DNA from: an uncultured bacterium | GTDB taxonomy: Bacteria > Chlamydiota > Chlamydiia > Chlamydiales > SM23-39 | NCBI GenBank assembly: GCA_964458995.1 | Contig: CAYWKW010000001.1 | Span: forward strand, 3,462 to 67,461 | Direction: 5' to 3' | DNA length: 64,000 bases | Shown here: piece after piece, positions 53,616-63,848 of the stretch | Layout: each line of letters begins with the position of its first letter | Position numbering within the stretch: position 1 is the first letter of the stretch | Notes under the pieces: generated by a model | What the model was told of the DNA's origin: nothing | Database searches by the model: none | The model's input: the letters and a program-made list of their open reading frames with translations, nothing else | Made by a program: the position numbers and the translations under genes

Positions 53616-54221
53616 ATGAAAAGGGTTGCCGTTGTTGGCGAAGATTGGGACGTCATTGATCTCATCGAAGGCATTTCTGAATTAACCTTAGAGGGGGTCT
53701 TCGCCCCCTCTCTGGTTCGTCCTTGCGTTCCCTACTTAGGCAAAGATGAAGATTTCAAACCCGAAGGGCATTTCCAAGTCGTTTTGGCTGTCGACCTGCC
53801 CGCGATTCGTGCGAAATTAGCTGATCATTATGGCCTTGAAAATCTCTTTACTCTCCAATCGCCTCACGCCTATGTTTCTTCTCGTGCTGAAATTGGAAAT
53901 GGATCCGTTATTCAAAGGGGGGTGACGATCATGCCCCATGTAAAACTCGGACTTGCTTGTAAAGTCAATATCAATGCCACTCTCCATCACGACGTGAAGG
54001 TGGGCGATTTTTGTACCATCGCTCCGGGTGCACTGATCCTAGGAAATGTGATCATCGAAGAAGGCGTATATGTGGGTGCGGGGGCCATTATCAAGCAGCG
54101 ATGCCGCATTGGGGCGGGAACTGTGATTGGAGCTGGGGCCGTTGTTATAAAAGATGTCCCTCCTTACAAAACAGTAGTGGGAGTTCCTGCGAAAGAAATG
54201 GTCCGTGAGTCTAGTTCCTAG
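53616..54221 (+). CDS. Sugar N-/O-acetyltransferase, left-handed beta-helix (NeuD/PglD/WbpD-like)
   Basis: The N-terminal Rossmann-like MKRVAVVGEDWDVIDLI is followed by hexapeptide repeats (IGNGSVIQRGVTIMPHVKLG..., VGAGAIIKQRCRIGAGTVIGAGAVV). Confidence 0.7.
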   Translation: MKRVAVVGEDWDVIDLIEGISELTLEGVFAPSLVRPCVPYLGKDEDFKPEGHFQVVLAVDLPAIRAKLADHYGLENLFTLQSPHAYVSSRAEIGNGSVIQRGVTIMPHVKLGLACKVNINATLHHDVKVGDFCTIAPGALILGNVIIEEGVYVGAGAIIKQRCRIGAGTVIGAGAVVIKDVPPYKTVVGVPAKEMVRESSS

Positions 54222-54254
54222 CCTCCGGCAAGAATGATTGTTTTCATCGATTCA

Positions 54255-55013
54255 TCACTTCACATGAACGGAATTTTGGTAAAGATCAATCCCGTCCTGG
54301 AGATCCCCAAAGAAAGCGCATTTACCCTTGTTGAGGATCATCGACTTATTGCAAAAATGTTGTAAAATTTGATTCGAATGGGAGGTTAATATAAATATTT
54401 GACACCGATGGATTAAGTCTTTCATCCGTTTCTGAGCTTTTTCCATGAAACTTTGATCGCCAACGCCGATGACTTCATCAATAATCAAAATATCTGACTC
54501 CATACAGGTAGCGATTCCAAAAGCAAGTCTCATCCTCATCCCAGAAGAATACGTTCGAACGGGCATTTTCAAATAGTCATTCAACTCAGTAAATTCCTCG
54601 ATATCATCAAATTTAGATTTCATTTGCCTTGTTGATTTGCCCTGCAAAATGCCCATAAGAATGATGTTTTCATATCCTGTGGCATCTGTATTCAAGCCAA
54701 CGCTGATGTCGAGCAGAGAAGTGACATTGCCTTGAATCTGTAAGGATCCTTCCGTTGGTTGATAGATTCCCGATAAGACGCGTAAAAGTGTGCTTTTTCC
54801 CGAACCATTTTTCCCAACTAATGCAATCCGATCGCCGGGTCTAAATTCGGCATCAATCCCATCTAACGCTCGATTCAATACGATCGTTTCTTCCTCTTTT
54901 TTGCCTAAAAACTGGAAGAGAGATTTGATGACTGTTTTTTTTAGCGTATATCGCTTTATGTAATGAAAATAGTCTAAAGATATATTATTTAATTTTATAA
55001 ATGCTTCTTTCAT
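54255..55013 (-). CDS. Polysaccharide/teichoic-acid-type ABC exporter ATP-binding protein (Wzt/TagH-like, short form)
   Basis: I prefer the start at ATG 55013, which forms an ATGA overlap with the permease stop. Features are Walker A GKNGSGKST, signature YSSGMRMRLAFG, Walker B ILIIDE and the H-loop SH. Confidence 0.85.
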   Translation of the reverse strand: MKEAFIKLNNISLDYFHYIKRYTLKKTVIKSLFQFLGKKEEETIVLNRALDGIDAEFRPGDRIALVGKNGSGKSTLLRVLSGIYQPTEGSLQIQGNVTSLLDISVGLNTDATGYENIILMGILQGKSTRQMKSKFDDIEEFTELNDYLKMPVRTYSSGMRMRLAFGIATCMESDILIIDEVIGVGDQSFMEKAQKRMKDLIHRCQIFILTSHSNQILQHFCNKSMILNKGKCAFFGDLQDGIDLYQNSVHVK

Positions 55014-55903
55014 AGCCAGAATATAACTCTTCTGCTGTATTTTCTTAAAACGGGGATGAAGAGGATTACTCCAACTAGGGTTAATATACTTATGCCGTAT
55101 AAATCTGAGAGACCGAAAGATAACCCCAGTAAAGGATTTCTGATAAGGTTTACATAATAATAAAATGGATTGAGGTATAAAAACACATGAAACTTTGCTG
55201 GAAGAATATCGGGAGACCACATGACAGGGGTGACGAAGAAGAGAACCTGGAGGATGTTAGTGACAATGGCGACGAAGTCGGGGTAGCGAGTGCTGACGAA
55301 TGCGATGAGAGTCCCAAAGAGTAAGCCATTTATGCACAGTATCAACAAAGAGGGGATCAACAATAAGATATTGGCATTGACCTGCATGTGGTAGATGCAG
55401 GCGATGATCACAAAAACGGGTAGAGTGTGGGCTAAAATAACTACGTTTCTAAGGACGAGGCGAAAGAGGTAGACGATGCAGGGAACCTGAATGTTTTCCA
55501 TGAAAGGTTTTGCATCGGTCAAGATTTTGGTGCTTTCAATGATGATCATGGAGATAAAGCTCCATGCGATCATTCCTGTAGTAAAATAGGGCAAATAAGT
55601 CGCTCGATCAATCCCAAACAGGATCCCATAAAGATATCCCATAGAAAAGGCGGTGATGGCTGTGCTGATCGTGATCCAGAAAGGGCCTAAAACAGAACCC
55701 CGGTACCTATTGAGAATGTCTTGCATTGCCAGAGAGACCCAAATGCGCCAAGAACGAAGGGCAGTCGTAAAATCGCCAAGACCCGCATGTTTTTTTGAAC
55801 AAATCGTTTTGCATTCCATGAAGGACAATGTTAAAGAGACATTGTCTTTTCTGTCCATAGGCATCCTTGCGGTAATTTTGACAATATCGTTTTGTTTATG
55901 CAA
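55010..55903 (-). CDS. ABC-2 type polysaccharide exporter permease (Wzm/TagG-like)
   Basis: Six predicted TM helices. N-terminal ILNRYRGSVLGPFWITI is typical of ABC-2 permeases. The true start may be internal (MDRKD or MECKT). Confidence 0.7.
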   Translation of the reverse strand: MHKQNDIVKITARMPMDRKDNVSLTLSFMECKTICSKKHAGLGDFTTALRSWRIWVSLAMQDILNRYRGSVLGPFWITISTAITAFSMGYLYGILFGIDRATYLPYFTTGMIAWSFISMIIIESTKILTDAKPFMENIQVPCIVYLFRLVLRNVVILAHTLPVFVIIACIYHMQVNANILLLIPSLLILCINGLLFGTLIAFVSTRYPDFVAIVTNILQVLFFVTPVMWSPDILPAKFHVFLYLNPFYYYVNLIRNPLLGLSFGLSDLYGISILTLVGVILFIPVLRKYSRRVIFWL

Positions 55904-55915
55904 CCAAGTGAAAAC

Positions 55916-57796
55916 TCAGCTAACAAATCTTTTCCACCATAATGCAAAGTTAAAGAGATACCACACTTGAGGGGCGTGGCCCTGATCAAAATAGCGCATC
56001 ACTTCTGCGCGGTCAAAAAAATCAGTTTGATCGCAAAACTGATTCAACTCATCCCGCATGCGAGAGCCGAGTTTGTCATAGAGCCATTCGTAGACGGGGA
56101 CGCCAAAGCCTTGTTTGGGGCGGTCAATGATGGCGTCGGGAATGACTCCGCGAACAGCCTTTTTGAGGATGTATTTGCTAATGTCGTTTTTCGTCTTGAT
56201 CGCTTGCGGAATGCTCATAGCCAGCTCCACAAATTTGTGATCGAGAAAGGGAACTCGACCTTCAAGGGAGACTCCCATAGACATTTTGTCGACGCGCATG
56301 AGGAGCAGTTCAGGAAGACGGAGATTCAGATCGGCGTACGACATCCAGTTAAGAGGCGTTTTTTCCCAGGCTTTTTGTTGGAAGCGTTGGTAAACGGGTT
56401 CGATGGCTTGCCACGAAGTGAGCCCTTTTAACTTTTGACGCAGCCGCGGCGAGAGGAGTTTTTGCTTTTGCGCCTCGGTAAAGGACTCAGCTCCGCTCCA
56501 AAAAATGGGTTGGTCAAGAGAGCCGCGGCGAAGGCGTTCATAATGCATAGAAGTCTCTTTGCCGAGGGCTTTAATTCCGAAAAGCCCAAGTTTTTTGATG
56601 AAGTTGGGAACGGGAAGATTGTCGAGATTTTGGAGTTTAAGGGCCGTTTTCCAACTGGAGTAGCCCCAAAAAAGCTCATCGGAGCCTTCTCCGACTTGGG
56701 CGACGATGACGCCATTGTCGCGGGCGAGTTTGGAGACGTAATAGACGGGAACGCAGACGGGGTCGGCAATGGGCTCATCTTGCAGGTAGATCATCTGGGG
56801 AAGGAAATCGAGAAGGTCATCGACATTGAGGAGCCGCTCATGGTAGCGGGCGTTCACTTCCTGCGCCATTTGCTTAGCAAAGTGGAGCTCATTCTGGTAA
56901 GAGGCATATTCGCCCTGATAACCGATGCTAAATGTTTTGACCTCTTGCTCTCCTTCTGAAAAGAGCGCGGCATTGGTGCTCGAATCGATTCCGCCCGAAA
57001 GAAAAATGCCAACGGGGACGTCGCTCACTTTTCGCAACCGGACAGCGGTTTTCAGTTCGGAGAGAATGCGGCTGGCAATCTCCTCTTCGGAATGGTTTGT
57101 CAGCGGCGTCGTATGATCCCAAACATCCCAGTAACGGTTTTCTAGAATCGATCCATCTTCCCGGATCCGAAGCCAGGTTCCTGGGGATAGTTTCTTGATT
57201 CCATCAAAGAGAGTTTGGGGCGCAGGGGTCGTTAAAAAGGACAAATAGTGATAAAACGCCTCTTCGTGGACGGCTCTTTTTTGTTCGGGATCTTGAAGGA
57301 GGGCTTTGATTTCGGAGGCAAAAGTGATGCGGCCATGATGGATGGAATAATAGAGCGGTTTGATGCCGATGCGGTCGCGGACGAGCCACAGTTCCCGTTT
57401 CTTTTCATCCCAAATGGCGATGGCGAACATGCCGCGAAAACGGTGAAGGCAGTCAATGCCCCACTCTTCAAAGGCGTGAATGATTACTTCGGTATCGGAA
57501 TGGTCGGTTTTCCACTGATAATGGGGAAGCTGTTTTCGAATCTCCGCATGGTTATAAATTTCTCCATTGAAAACAATTTGGATGGAGCCATTCTGATTGC
57601 TCATAGGTTGACTGGCGCTTTCAGACAGATCGATGATCGACAGGCGCCGAAAGCCAAGCCCTACTTTTTGATCTTTTGAAATCCAAATTCCCTCTCCATC
57701 GGGGCCGCGATGTTTGATCGTATCGATCATCGATTGGACGTACGACTTCGTCACTTTGAAAGAATTAAAAGCAAAAACACCAGTCAATCCGCACAT
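55916..57796 (-). CDS. asnB: Glutamine-hydrolysing asparagine synthase family amidotransferase (AsnB/WbpS-like)
   Basis: MCGLTG N-terminal nucleophile Cys, the FNGEIYNH GATase-II motif, and the SGGIDSS PP-loop. Confidence 0.85.
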   Translation of the reverse strand: MCGLTGVFAFNSFKVTKSYVQSMIDTIKHRGPDGEGIWISKDQKVGLGFRRLSIIDLSESASQPMSNQNGSIQIVFNGEIYNHAEIRKQLPHYQWKTDHSDTEVIIHAFEEWGIDCLHRFRGMFAIAIWDEKKRELWLVRDRIGIKPLYYSIHHGRITFASEIKALLQDPEQKRAVHEEAFYHYLSFLTTPAPQTLFDGIKKLSPGTWLRIREDGSILENRYWDVWDHTTPLTNHSEEEIASRILSELKTAVRLRKVSDVPVGIFLSGGIDSSTNAALFSEGEQEVKTFSIGYQGEYASYQNELHFAKQMAQEVNARYHERLLNVDDLLDFLPQMIYLQDEPIADPVCVPVYYVSKLARDNGVIVAQVGEGSDELFWGYSSWKTALKLQNLDNLPVPNFIKKLGLFGIKALGKETSMHYERLRRGSLDQPIFWSGAESFTEAQKQKLLSPRLRQKLKGLTSWQAIEPVYQRFQQKAWEKTPLNWMSYADLNLRLPELLLMRVDKMSMGVSLEGRVPFLDHKFVELAMSIPQAIKTKNDISKYILKKAVRGVIPDAIIDRPKQGFGVPVYEWLYDKLGSRMRDELNQFCDQTDFFDRAEVMRYFDQGHAPQVWYLFNFALWWKRFVS

Positions 57797-57867
57797 GCAA
57801 CTTAGTTTTTTTTGGAAATAAGCGCCTCATCATACAGGGATTTAGATTATTCTGTCGATAACTGGTG

Positions 57868-58683
57868 TTACTCAATAAGGAGGATTTTGAGGATTTGGTC
57901 TAAAAGCCTGGGGTGTAAAAATAGGGTGCCGATTTTCTCTCTGCAATCCAAATACCTTTCTCTTAACAGAGCCGTTTCATGATTTGTCCAATCGGCCCGA
58001 AATGAAGGAAGTGCGATAGGAGGCTTTACATCCTCTGATTTGGGAAAAAAGGCCAATTGGTTCAATTGCCGTTCTGAATAAAGCTGGGAGTTTCTCTTTC
58101 CGTATCCGAGAAGAATGCCAAGAAGTTCCTCGTGACCCAATACCTGAGAAGGAAGGGCTCTAAACGAAATTTCGAGGGACAGGTTATCATTTATGACTTT
58201 TTCAAAACACACCCTATTCTCCCGAATGACTTGAGTACAAAGATCTCGATTCAAAATAAAACCAAAACTGACCAGGGGGCTATTGGGGCTTTTTGTTTTA
58301 ATAAAGATAAATTTGGGAGAGCTCCTGGACAAATATTTTTCCCAGCACTTCCACCCTTCTTTCATATTTTGATTGGCAGGAGAAAAGTAGGTTTTTAAAC
58401 ACAAGAGAGAACGAAGCGGATGTTTCCAAGATAAGTGGGGAATAAAGCTCACTAGTATGGCTGGCTTTTCTCCAAGAAGAACATACCCTAGGCCCTCTCG
58501 AGTTATTAGTCGTTCAAAAAATTGCTCAAGAACAACACGATCTTCTAGGGCAATCGATTGAGAAGTAACCGGCCAGCCAACCCCACATAAGAAAACGAGA
58601 AGAGAAGCTATTTTAATATTTATCCCTTTCGGCACCACAATGTCGACAAACAGTATCACTCCCTTGCAGAATCGTTTACCCAT
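57868..58683 (-). CDS. Hypothetical protein with an N-terminal TM/signal anchor
   Basis: The 271-aa ORF lies within the minus-strand operon. Its hydrophobic N-terminus is IKIASLLVFLCGVGWPV. No family is recognised. Confidence 0.4.
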   Translation of the reverse strand: MGKRFCKGVILFVDIVVPKGINIKIASLLVFLCGVGWPVTSQSIALEDRVVLEQFFERLITREGLGYVLLGEKPAILVSFIPHLSWKHPLRSLLCLKTYFSPANQNMKEGWKCWEKYLSRSSPKFIFIKTKSPNSPLVSFGFILNRDLCTQVIRENRVCFEKVINDNLSLEISFRALPSQVLGHEELLGILLGYGKRNSQLYSERQLNQLAFFPKSEDVKPPIALPSFRADWTNHETALLRERYLDCREKIGTLFLHPRLLDQILKILLIE

Positions 58684-58686
58684 TCA

Positions 58687-59514
58687 TTACGGGTGCACCT
58701 TGGTTTCAATGGCTTCGCGGGTGAGAGTGCAATCTGTTCTCACCCAGCCGTTTTGAATGTACCAGTCTAAGTGATCAATAACACATTGCGGAAAGAGGGA
58801 ATCAACAGGGATGCATGGGGTTTCCAAAATAGTTAATTCAAGTTGTTGCTGGGTGGGGATTGGACGCTCAGCGCCATGGACGTTGCTTTCGAGTTTCAGT
58901 TGATTTGCTTTCACCCCGCCCATAGAGGAAAAATGCCAGCCGGCATTGGCTACGACCGGCAGGTTATTTCTCATGGAACGAAGGGCATTGGGCATGTAGT
59001 TTGGGGGGAGGAGATAGTACTGCGTAATGACGGGGCCATTCCACTGGCCTACGTAACCATTGAGATAGTGAACAAAAAGGTCGAGTTGGCACGCAAAAAT
59101 GGGATGGGTTTTGATATGGGAGAGAATGCGGGGCATGTCTTTGCCGCGAGGAATTTCATCGAGATCGGAAATCATGATAATGTCATCGACAAAACAGTGA
59201 TAAAGCCCTCTTAAGATTTGATTTCTTTGCCACCCTTCCCTCAGCCAAAGATCATCGGTTTGAAGACGTTCCGTCACCTTGATGTGGATGATCTTGTTGT
59301 TATATTGGGCAAATCGGTTCTTATTTTGCTCGAAGTAGAACGGCTTGGGCTTTCCTTGATGCGTTTCTGCACATTCGACGAGGACAAAATGGTCGACGTA
59401 GTCATAAAGTTCATTGAGTCTGATTTCTAAAATATCAAGCTCATGGTTGAACATAAAACAGTCGTAAACAGCGGCAGAGAGAAAAAGTGGAAGGAAGAAA
59501 AAGATGAATTTCAT
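58687..59514 (-). CDS. GT17-like glycosyltransferase (beta-1,4-mannosyl-glycoprotein GlcNAc-transferase/GnT-III-like family)
   Basis: The signal anchor is followed by VYDCFMFNHELDILEIRLNELYDYVDHFVLVECAETHQGKPKPFYF. This matches my recollection of the conserved N-terminal block of bacterial GT17 members. DLDEIP is a candidate DxD. Confidence 0.55.
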   Translation of the reverse strand: MKFIFFFLPLFLSAAVYDCFMFNHELDILEIRLNELYDYVDHFVLVECAETHQGKPKPFYFEQNKNRFAQYNNKIIHIKVTERLQTDDLWLREGWQRNQILRGLYHCFVDDIIMISDLDEIPRGKDMPRILSHIKTHPIFACQLDLFVHYLNGYVGQWNGPVITQYYLLPPNYMPNALRSMRNNLPVVANAGWHFSSMGGVKANQLKLESNVHGAERPIPTQQQLELTILETPCIPVDSLFPQCVIDHLDWYIQNGWVRTDCTLTREAIETKVHP

Positions 59515-61544
59515 TTGAGTAACTCCTCGACTTTAAAGGCGATTTCCATGGCTTGCAACTGCTGCCAAAGAGGGATGGGCCAGTGTCCGCCCTGCTGGAT
59601 GGCGTCGGCAAAGGCGACGAGCTCCTCTTTTTGCCCTTTTTCTGGGACGGTTGAGGTGGTGCGATAGTCGTCGATGGTGTGCACTTTCCCATCGCAGAAG
59701 AGTTCCATCTGCTCTTTGGGGTGATCTTTGGATCCGAGGGCGGTGTAGGTAAGGGATGCGATGGAGCCATCTTTAAAGGAGAGGGTCGCTATGAAGTTGT
59801 CGGAGTGGGTGTAGTAGCCGGTGGCGGGTCTGACGGCTTGTGCGTCGATGTGGGTGACTTCGGAGTTGGTGAAGAAGGTAAAAAGATCGTAGATGTGGCA
59901 CGCTTCGCCGATGTTGCGCCCGCCTCCTTCGAGGCCGTGGACCCAATGATCGAGCGGGAGGAAGCCGGCATTCATCCGGTAATTGATAATGAGGGGATTG
60001 GTCCGGTTTTGGATGGCTTTGTAAATGGTTTGCGCATGCTGCGAAAAGCGGCGGTTAAATCCAGTGAGTAGGAGGGGCGCGTCGGGAACCCCTGAATAGA
60101 AATTCTCAATTTGGGTAAGTTCTTGTGGAGTGATGGCAAGGGGCTTTTCAGCAAGAACATGTTTGTGGGCGCGGAGGGCATCGAGAACCATTTGGGCGTG
60201 GAGATTGTGGCGCGTGGCAATGATGACGGCGCCGATGTCGGGGTCCTTGAGGACTTCCTGATAGTCAGTGGAGGAATAGGCTGCGTTGAATTGTTTGGCT
60301 GTGGCTTGGGCGTTGTGCCCCGAACGGCTGACGACGGCTTTGAGGTAGTAGTTTTTGAGCGATTTGAGATTGGGCAGGTGCATCCCTTTGGCAAAGCCTC
60401 CGGCGCCAATGAGGGCGATTTGGATCTGTTTCGGGTTTGGCGGGAGGATGTTGGGGTTGGGTATGGAGCGGGTTGGAGTTGCCGTTTGTGGGTAGGAGAG
60501 GAGGGCAAGGAGCGGGCGGGGTTGGAGTTCGTTGAGATCGGCGTAGGCTTTGGCAACGTCTTCGATGGGATAGATCTGGTGAATGAGGTGGGCGATGGCG
60601 AGTTTTTTTTCGCTGAGGAGTTTTAAATATTCGGCCATGTTCCGGTTTTCTGTCCAACGGACGTAGCCGATGGGATAATCGAGCCCTTTTTCTTCGTAGC
60701 GGTCGTCATAACGTCCCGGCCCGTAAGAGGTGGAGATGAGAAAGTCGATCTCTTTTTGGTAGAAGTCGGACCGTTTGAGGTGGAGGCCAACATCGCCGAC
60801 AAGGACGACGCGCCCTTTTTTTCGGGTGAGTTTGAAGGCGGTGGAGAGCACTTCGCTCGAAGGAGTGGCGGCGGTGATGATGACGCCGTCGGCGCCATGG
60901 TTGTCGGTGAGGCGGAAAATATCGTCGGGCGAAGGGCACGGAATCTGGGCGAGTTGGGTGCGATGCGCATCGAGGTCGATGCCAAAGACGCGGCAGCCGT
61001 TGACTCGAAGCATTTGGCAGGTGAGCTGTCCGAGGAAGCCGAGGCCGATGACGACGAAAGTTTCTCCCAGCGTGGGTTGGGCGCGGCGGATGCCTTGAAG
61101 TGCGATGGCGCCGAGTGCGACGGTGCTGGCTTCAGGGAAGTCGAGGTTGTCGGGAATGGAAACAATGAGGTTTTGGGGGACTTGGATGAATTCGGAGTGG
61201 TTGGCGAATTGCGCGCCTGCGCAGGCGACGCGGCGCCCAGTAGCGAGATCGGTGCCAGCGGCGGAGTAGCCCGTTGGGGAACCGGTCGAGAGCTTGCTTT
61301 GTACGATGCTTTTGGTTTTGGAAAAGCCGCGGCTGGCAAGCATAGTGAGAACTTGCCGCACTTTGTCGGGGTTTTTCAGGGCCCGCTTCCAGAGAGGCAT
61401 ACCTGAATTTTTCATGCCGCTGAGTTCAGTCCCTGTGGAAATACACGAATGGGATACGCGAACCAGGGAATAGCCCGGCTCGGGGGTGGGAGCGGGAACT
61501 TCTTCCAGATGGATTTTGCCTTGGCCCATTAGCGCTTGTTTCAT
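59511..61544 (-). CDS. Bi-domain oxidoreductase: N-terminal Zn-type alcohol dehydrogenase (MDR) fused to a C-terminal Gfo/Idh/MocA (WbpB-like) domain
   Basis: The N-half has GYSLVRVSHSCISTGTE and VVIGLGFLGQL. The C-half has IALIGAGGFAKGMHLPNL, IIATRHNLH, LAEKPLA and GFNRRF. Confidence 0.7.
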   Translation of the reverse strand: MKQALMGQGKIHLEEVPAPTPEPGYSLVRVSHSCISTGTELSGMKNSGMPLWKRALKNPDKVRQVLTMLASRGFSKTKSIVQSKLSTGSPTGYSAAGTDLATGRRVACAGAQFANHSEFIQVPQNLIVSIPDNLDFPEASTVALGAIALQGIRRAQPTLGETFVVIGLGFLGQLTCQMLRVNGCRVFGIDLDAHRTQLAQIPCPSPDDIFRLTDNHGADGVIITAATPSSEVLSTAFKLTRKKGRVVLVGDVGLHLKRSDFYQKEIDFLISTSYGPGRYDDRYEEKGLDYPIGYVRWTENRNMAEYLKLLSEKKLAIAHLIHQIYPIEDVAKAYADLNELQPRPLLALLSYPQTATPTRSIPNPNILPPNPKQIQIALIGAGGFAKGMHLPNLKSLKNYYLKAVVSRSGHNAQATAKQFNAAYSSTDYQEVLKDPDIGAVIIATRHNLHAQMVLDALRAHKHVLAEKPLAITPQELTQIENFYSGVPDAPLLLTGFNRRFSQHAQTIYKAIQNRTNPLIINYRMNAGFLPLDHWVHGLEGGGRNIGEACHIYDLFTFFTNSEVTHIDAQAVRPATGYYTHSDNFIATLSFKDGSIASLTYTALGSKDHPKEQMELFCDGKVHTIDDYRTTSTVPEKGQKEELVAFADAIQQGGHWPIPLWQQLQAMEIAFKVEELLK

Positions 61545-62746
61545 GTCCAGATTCCTCGTGTATCTATGATTTCTTTTCCTTTGAGAAGCTCTCGATCGAT
61601 GGCGGAAAACGGGCGGTGATTGACGAGAAGGAGGAGAAGATCGGCTTTTTTGATGGCTTCATGGAGACCTACCATTTTTACGTGGGGAAAAGAGAGCTGG
61701 GGGGGGAGCTTTTCAAGATGGGGTTCGACGATGAGTAGTTTTCCGATGTTTTGCTCGGCGAGATGGTGGACAATTTCAATCGCAGGACTCTCCCGGATGT
61801 CATCGATGTCGGCTTTGAAAGAGAGTCCCAGACAGGCAATGGTCGGATTGGGGATGTTTGCGAGCTTTTCTTTTACTTTGGCTAGCACATGCCGAGGCTT
61901 GCTGTCGTTCACTTCGCGAGAGGTTCGGATGAGACGCGCGAGCGCGGGGGCGGAGTCGACAATGAACCACGGATCGACCGCGATGCAATGGCCGCCGACG
62001 CCAGGGCCTGGTTGGAGAATTTTGACGCGCGGATGGCGGTTGGCCAGACGGATGAGTTCCCACACATTGATGTTGAGTTGATCGCAAATAAGGGAAAGTT
62101 CGTTGGCAAAGGCGATGTTGACGTCGCGGAATGAATTTTCGGTGAGTTTGGTCATTTCGGCGGTGCGCGCGTCGGTGAGAAGACATTCTCCCTTCACGAA
62201 GATTTGATAGAGGGTTTTGGCTTTTTCGGCGCATTGGGGAGTGATCCCGCCAATGACCCGATCGTTTTCGACAATTTCGCGAAGGATATGCCCCGGCAAG
62301 ACCCGTTCGGGACAGTAGGCGTAGTGGATGTCGCTGCGCCCGATCCATTGCGCCAATTTTTCCGTGGTGCCCACAGGAGAAGTCGATTCGAGGATGACGA
62401 GATTTCCCTTTTCGAGGACGGGGGCGATCGATTTAGCGGCGGCTTCGATGTAGGAGAGATCGGGTTTGTAATTTTCTTTAAATGGGGTCGGAACAGCAAT
62501 GATGAAGACCTGTGCCTTTTCGGGTTTGAGGGTTGCTTTAAGGCGTCCCGATTTCACAGAGGCGTAAACGACCGCTTCAAGATCGGGCTCGACAATGTGG
62601 ACTTTGCCCTTGTTGATCGTGTCGACGGCTTTGGCATTCACATCGACGCCGACGACTTCGGCGCCATGGCTGGCGAGAACAGCTGCGGTGGGAAGACCAA
62701 TGTAGCCCAGGCCAATAACAGAGATTTTTTTAAACGGTTGCTTCAT
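61541..62746 (-). CDS. wecC: UDP-N-acetyl-D-mannosamine dehydrogenase
   Basis: [39 protein letters not shown] and [16 protein letters not shown]. It lies adjacent to wecB. Confidence 0.8.
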   Translation of the reverse strand: MKQPFKKISVIGLGYIGLPTAAVLASHGAEVVGVDVNAKAVDTINKGKVHIVEPDLEAVVYASVKSGRLKATLKPEKAQVFIIAVPTPFKENYKPDLSYIEAAAKSIAPVLEKGNLVILESTSPVGTTEKLAQWIGRSDIHYAYCPERVLPGHILREIVENDRVIGGITPQCAEKAKTLYQIFVKGECLLTDARTAEMTKLTENSFRDVNIAFANELSLICDQLNINVWELIRLANRHPRVKILQPGPGVGGHCIAVDPWFIVDSAPALARLIRTSREVNDSKPRHVLAKVKEKLANIPNPTIACLGLSFKADIDDIRESPAIEIVHHLAEQNIGKLLIVEPHLEKLPPQLSFPHVKMVGLHEAIKKADLLLLLVNHRPFSAIDRELLKGKEIIDTRGIWT

Positions 62747-63848
62747 AACTCATCAAATGCTGAATGATTCTTCCTGCTGCTTTCCCATCGCCATAAGGAT
62801 TGTGCGCGTGGGACATTGTTTGGTAGTGGAGCGCGTCATCGAGAAGGCGATTCGTTTCATAAACAATCTGGCTCTCATTGGTGCCCACGAGGATCACAGT
62901 TCCCGCTTCGACGGCTTCGGGCCTTTCGGTCACTTCGCGCATCACCAAAACCGGTTTGCCGAGTGAAGGCCCTTCTTCCTGAACGCCGCCTGAATCGGTG
63001 AGAATAAGATAGGATAGATCCATTAAAAAGACAAAGCTCAAGTAATCGAGCGGCTCAATCAGGTGGATATTCTCTTTATTTCCGAGGATCGATTTGACAG
63101 GCGCCTGCACATTGGGATTGAGATGTACAGGGTAGATGATTTGCACATCGTCGCGCTCGGCAATCTTTCGGATCGCTTTACAAATCGATTGGAACCCCTC
63201 GCCGAAGTTTTCTCTGCGGTGGCCAGTGACCAAAATGAGCTTTCGGGAAGGATCGAGATAGGGAAACGGTTTTTTTAGATCCCATTCTGGGTGCTCTTTG
63301 ATTTGTTTGAGAGTGTAAAAGAGGGCGTCGATGACTGTATTTCCCGTCACAAAGATAGTTTCCGGTGAAACCCCCTCTCGCAGCAAATTTTCTCTCGATT
63401 TTTTTGTCGGCGCGTAGTGGAATTTGGCGATCGAGCTGACGAGCTTGCGATTCATCTCTTCCGGATAGGGCATAAGCGTGTTCCCCGTGCGCAGACCCGC
63501 TTCCACGTGGCCTACCGGGACTTTTTCGTAGAAGGCGGCCAACGCTGCGGCCAGCGCTGTAGTCGTATCTCCTTGCACCAGGAGAAGATCGGGTTTCACC
63601 TCGATGAGGACCTCGCGCAGTTTCGACAGAATCGAGGTGGTGATTTCGGTTAAGCTTTGCCCAGGTTTCATGATATTGAGATCGAAGTCTGAGCGGATCT
63701 GAAACAGATTTAAAAACTGATCGAGCATGTGGCGGTGTTGCGCAGTGACGCAGACAACCGATTCCACCTCAGTCCGTTTCAGCCCCTCGAGAATGGGAGC
63801 CATTTTTATCGTTTCGGGTCTTGTGCCAAAAACGGAGAGGACTTTCAT
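62730..63848 (-). CDS. wecB: UDP-N-acetylglucosamine 2-epimerase (non-hydrolysing)
   Basis: [60 protein letters not shown] and GTN. Confidence 0.9.
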   Translation of the reverse strand: MKVLSVFGTRPETIKMAPILEGLKRTEVESVVCVTAQHRHMLDQFLNLFQIRSDFDLNIMKPGQSLTEITTSILSKLREVLIEVKPDLLLVQGDTTTALAAALAAFYEKVPVGHVEAGLRTGNTLMPYPEEMNRKLVSSIAKFHYAPTKKSRENLLREGVSPETIFVTGNTVIDALFYTLKQIKEHPEWDLKKPFPYLDPSRKLILVTGHRRENFGEGFQSICKAIRKIAERDDVQIIYPVHLNPNVQAPVKSILGNKENIHLIEPLDYLSFVFLMDLSYLILTDSGGVQEEGPSLGKPVLVMREVTERPEAVEAGTVILVGTNESQIVYETNRLLDDALHYQTMSHAHNPYGDGKAAGRIIQHLMSYEATV

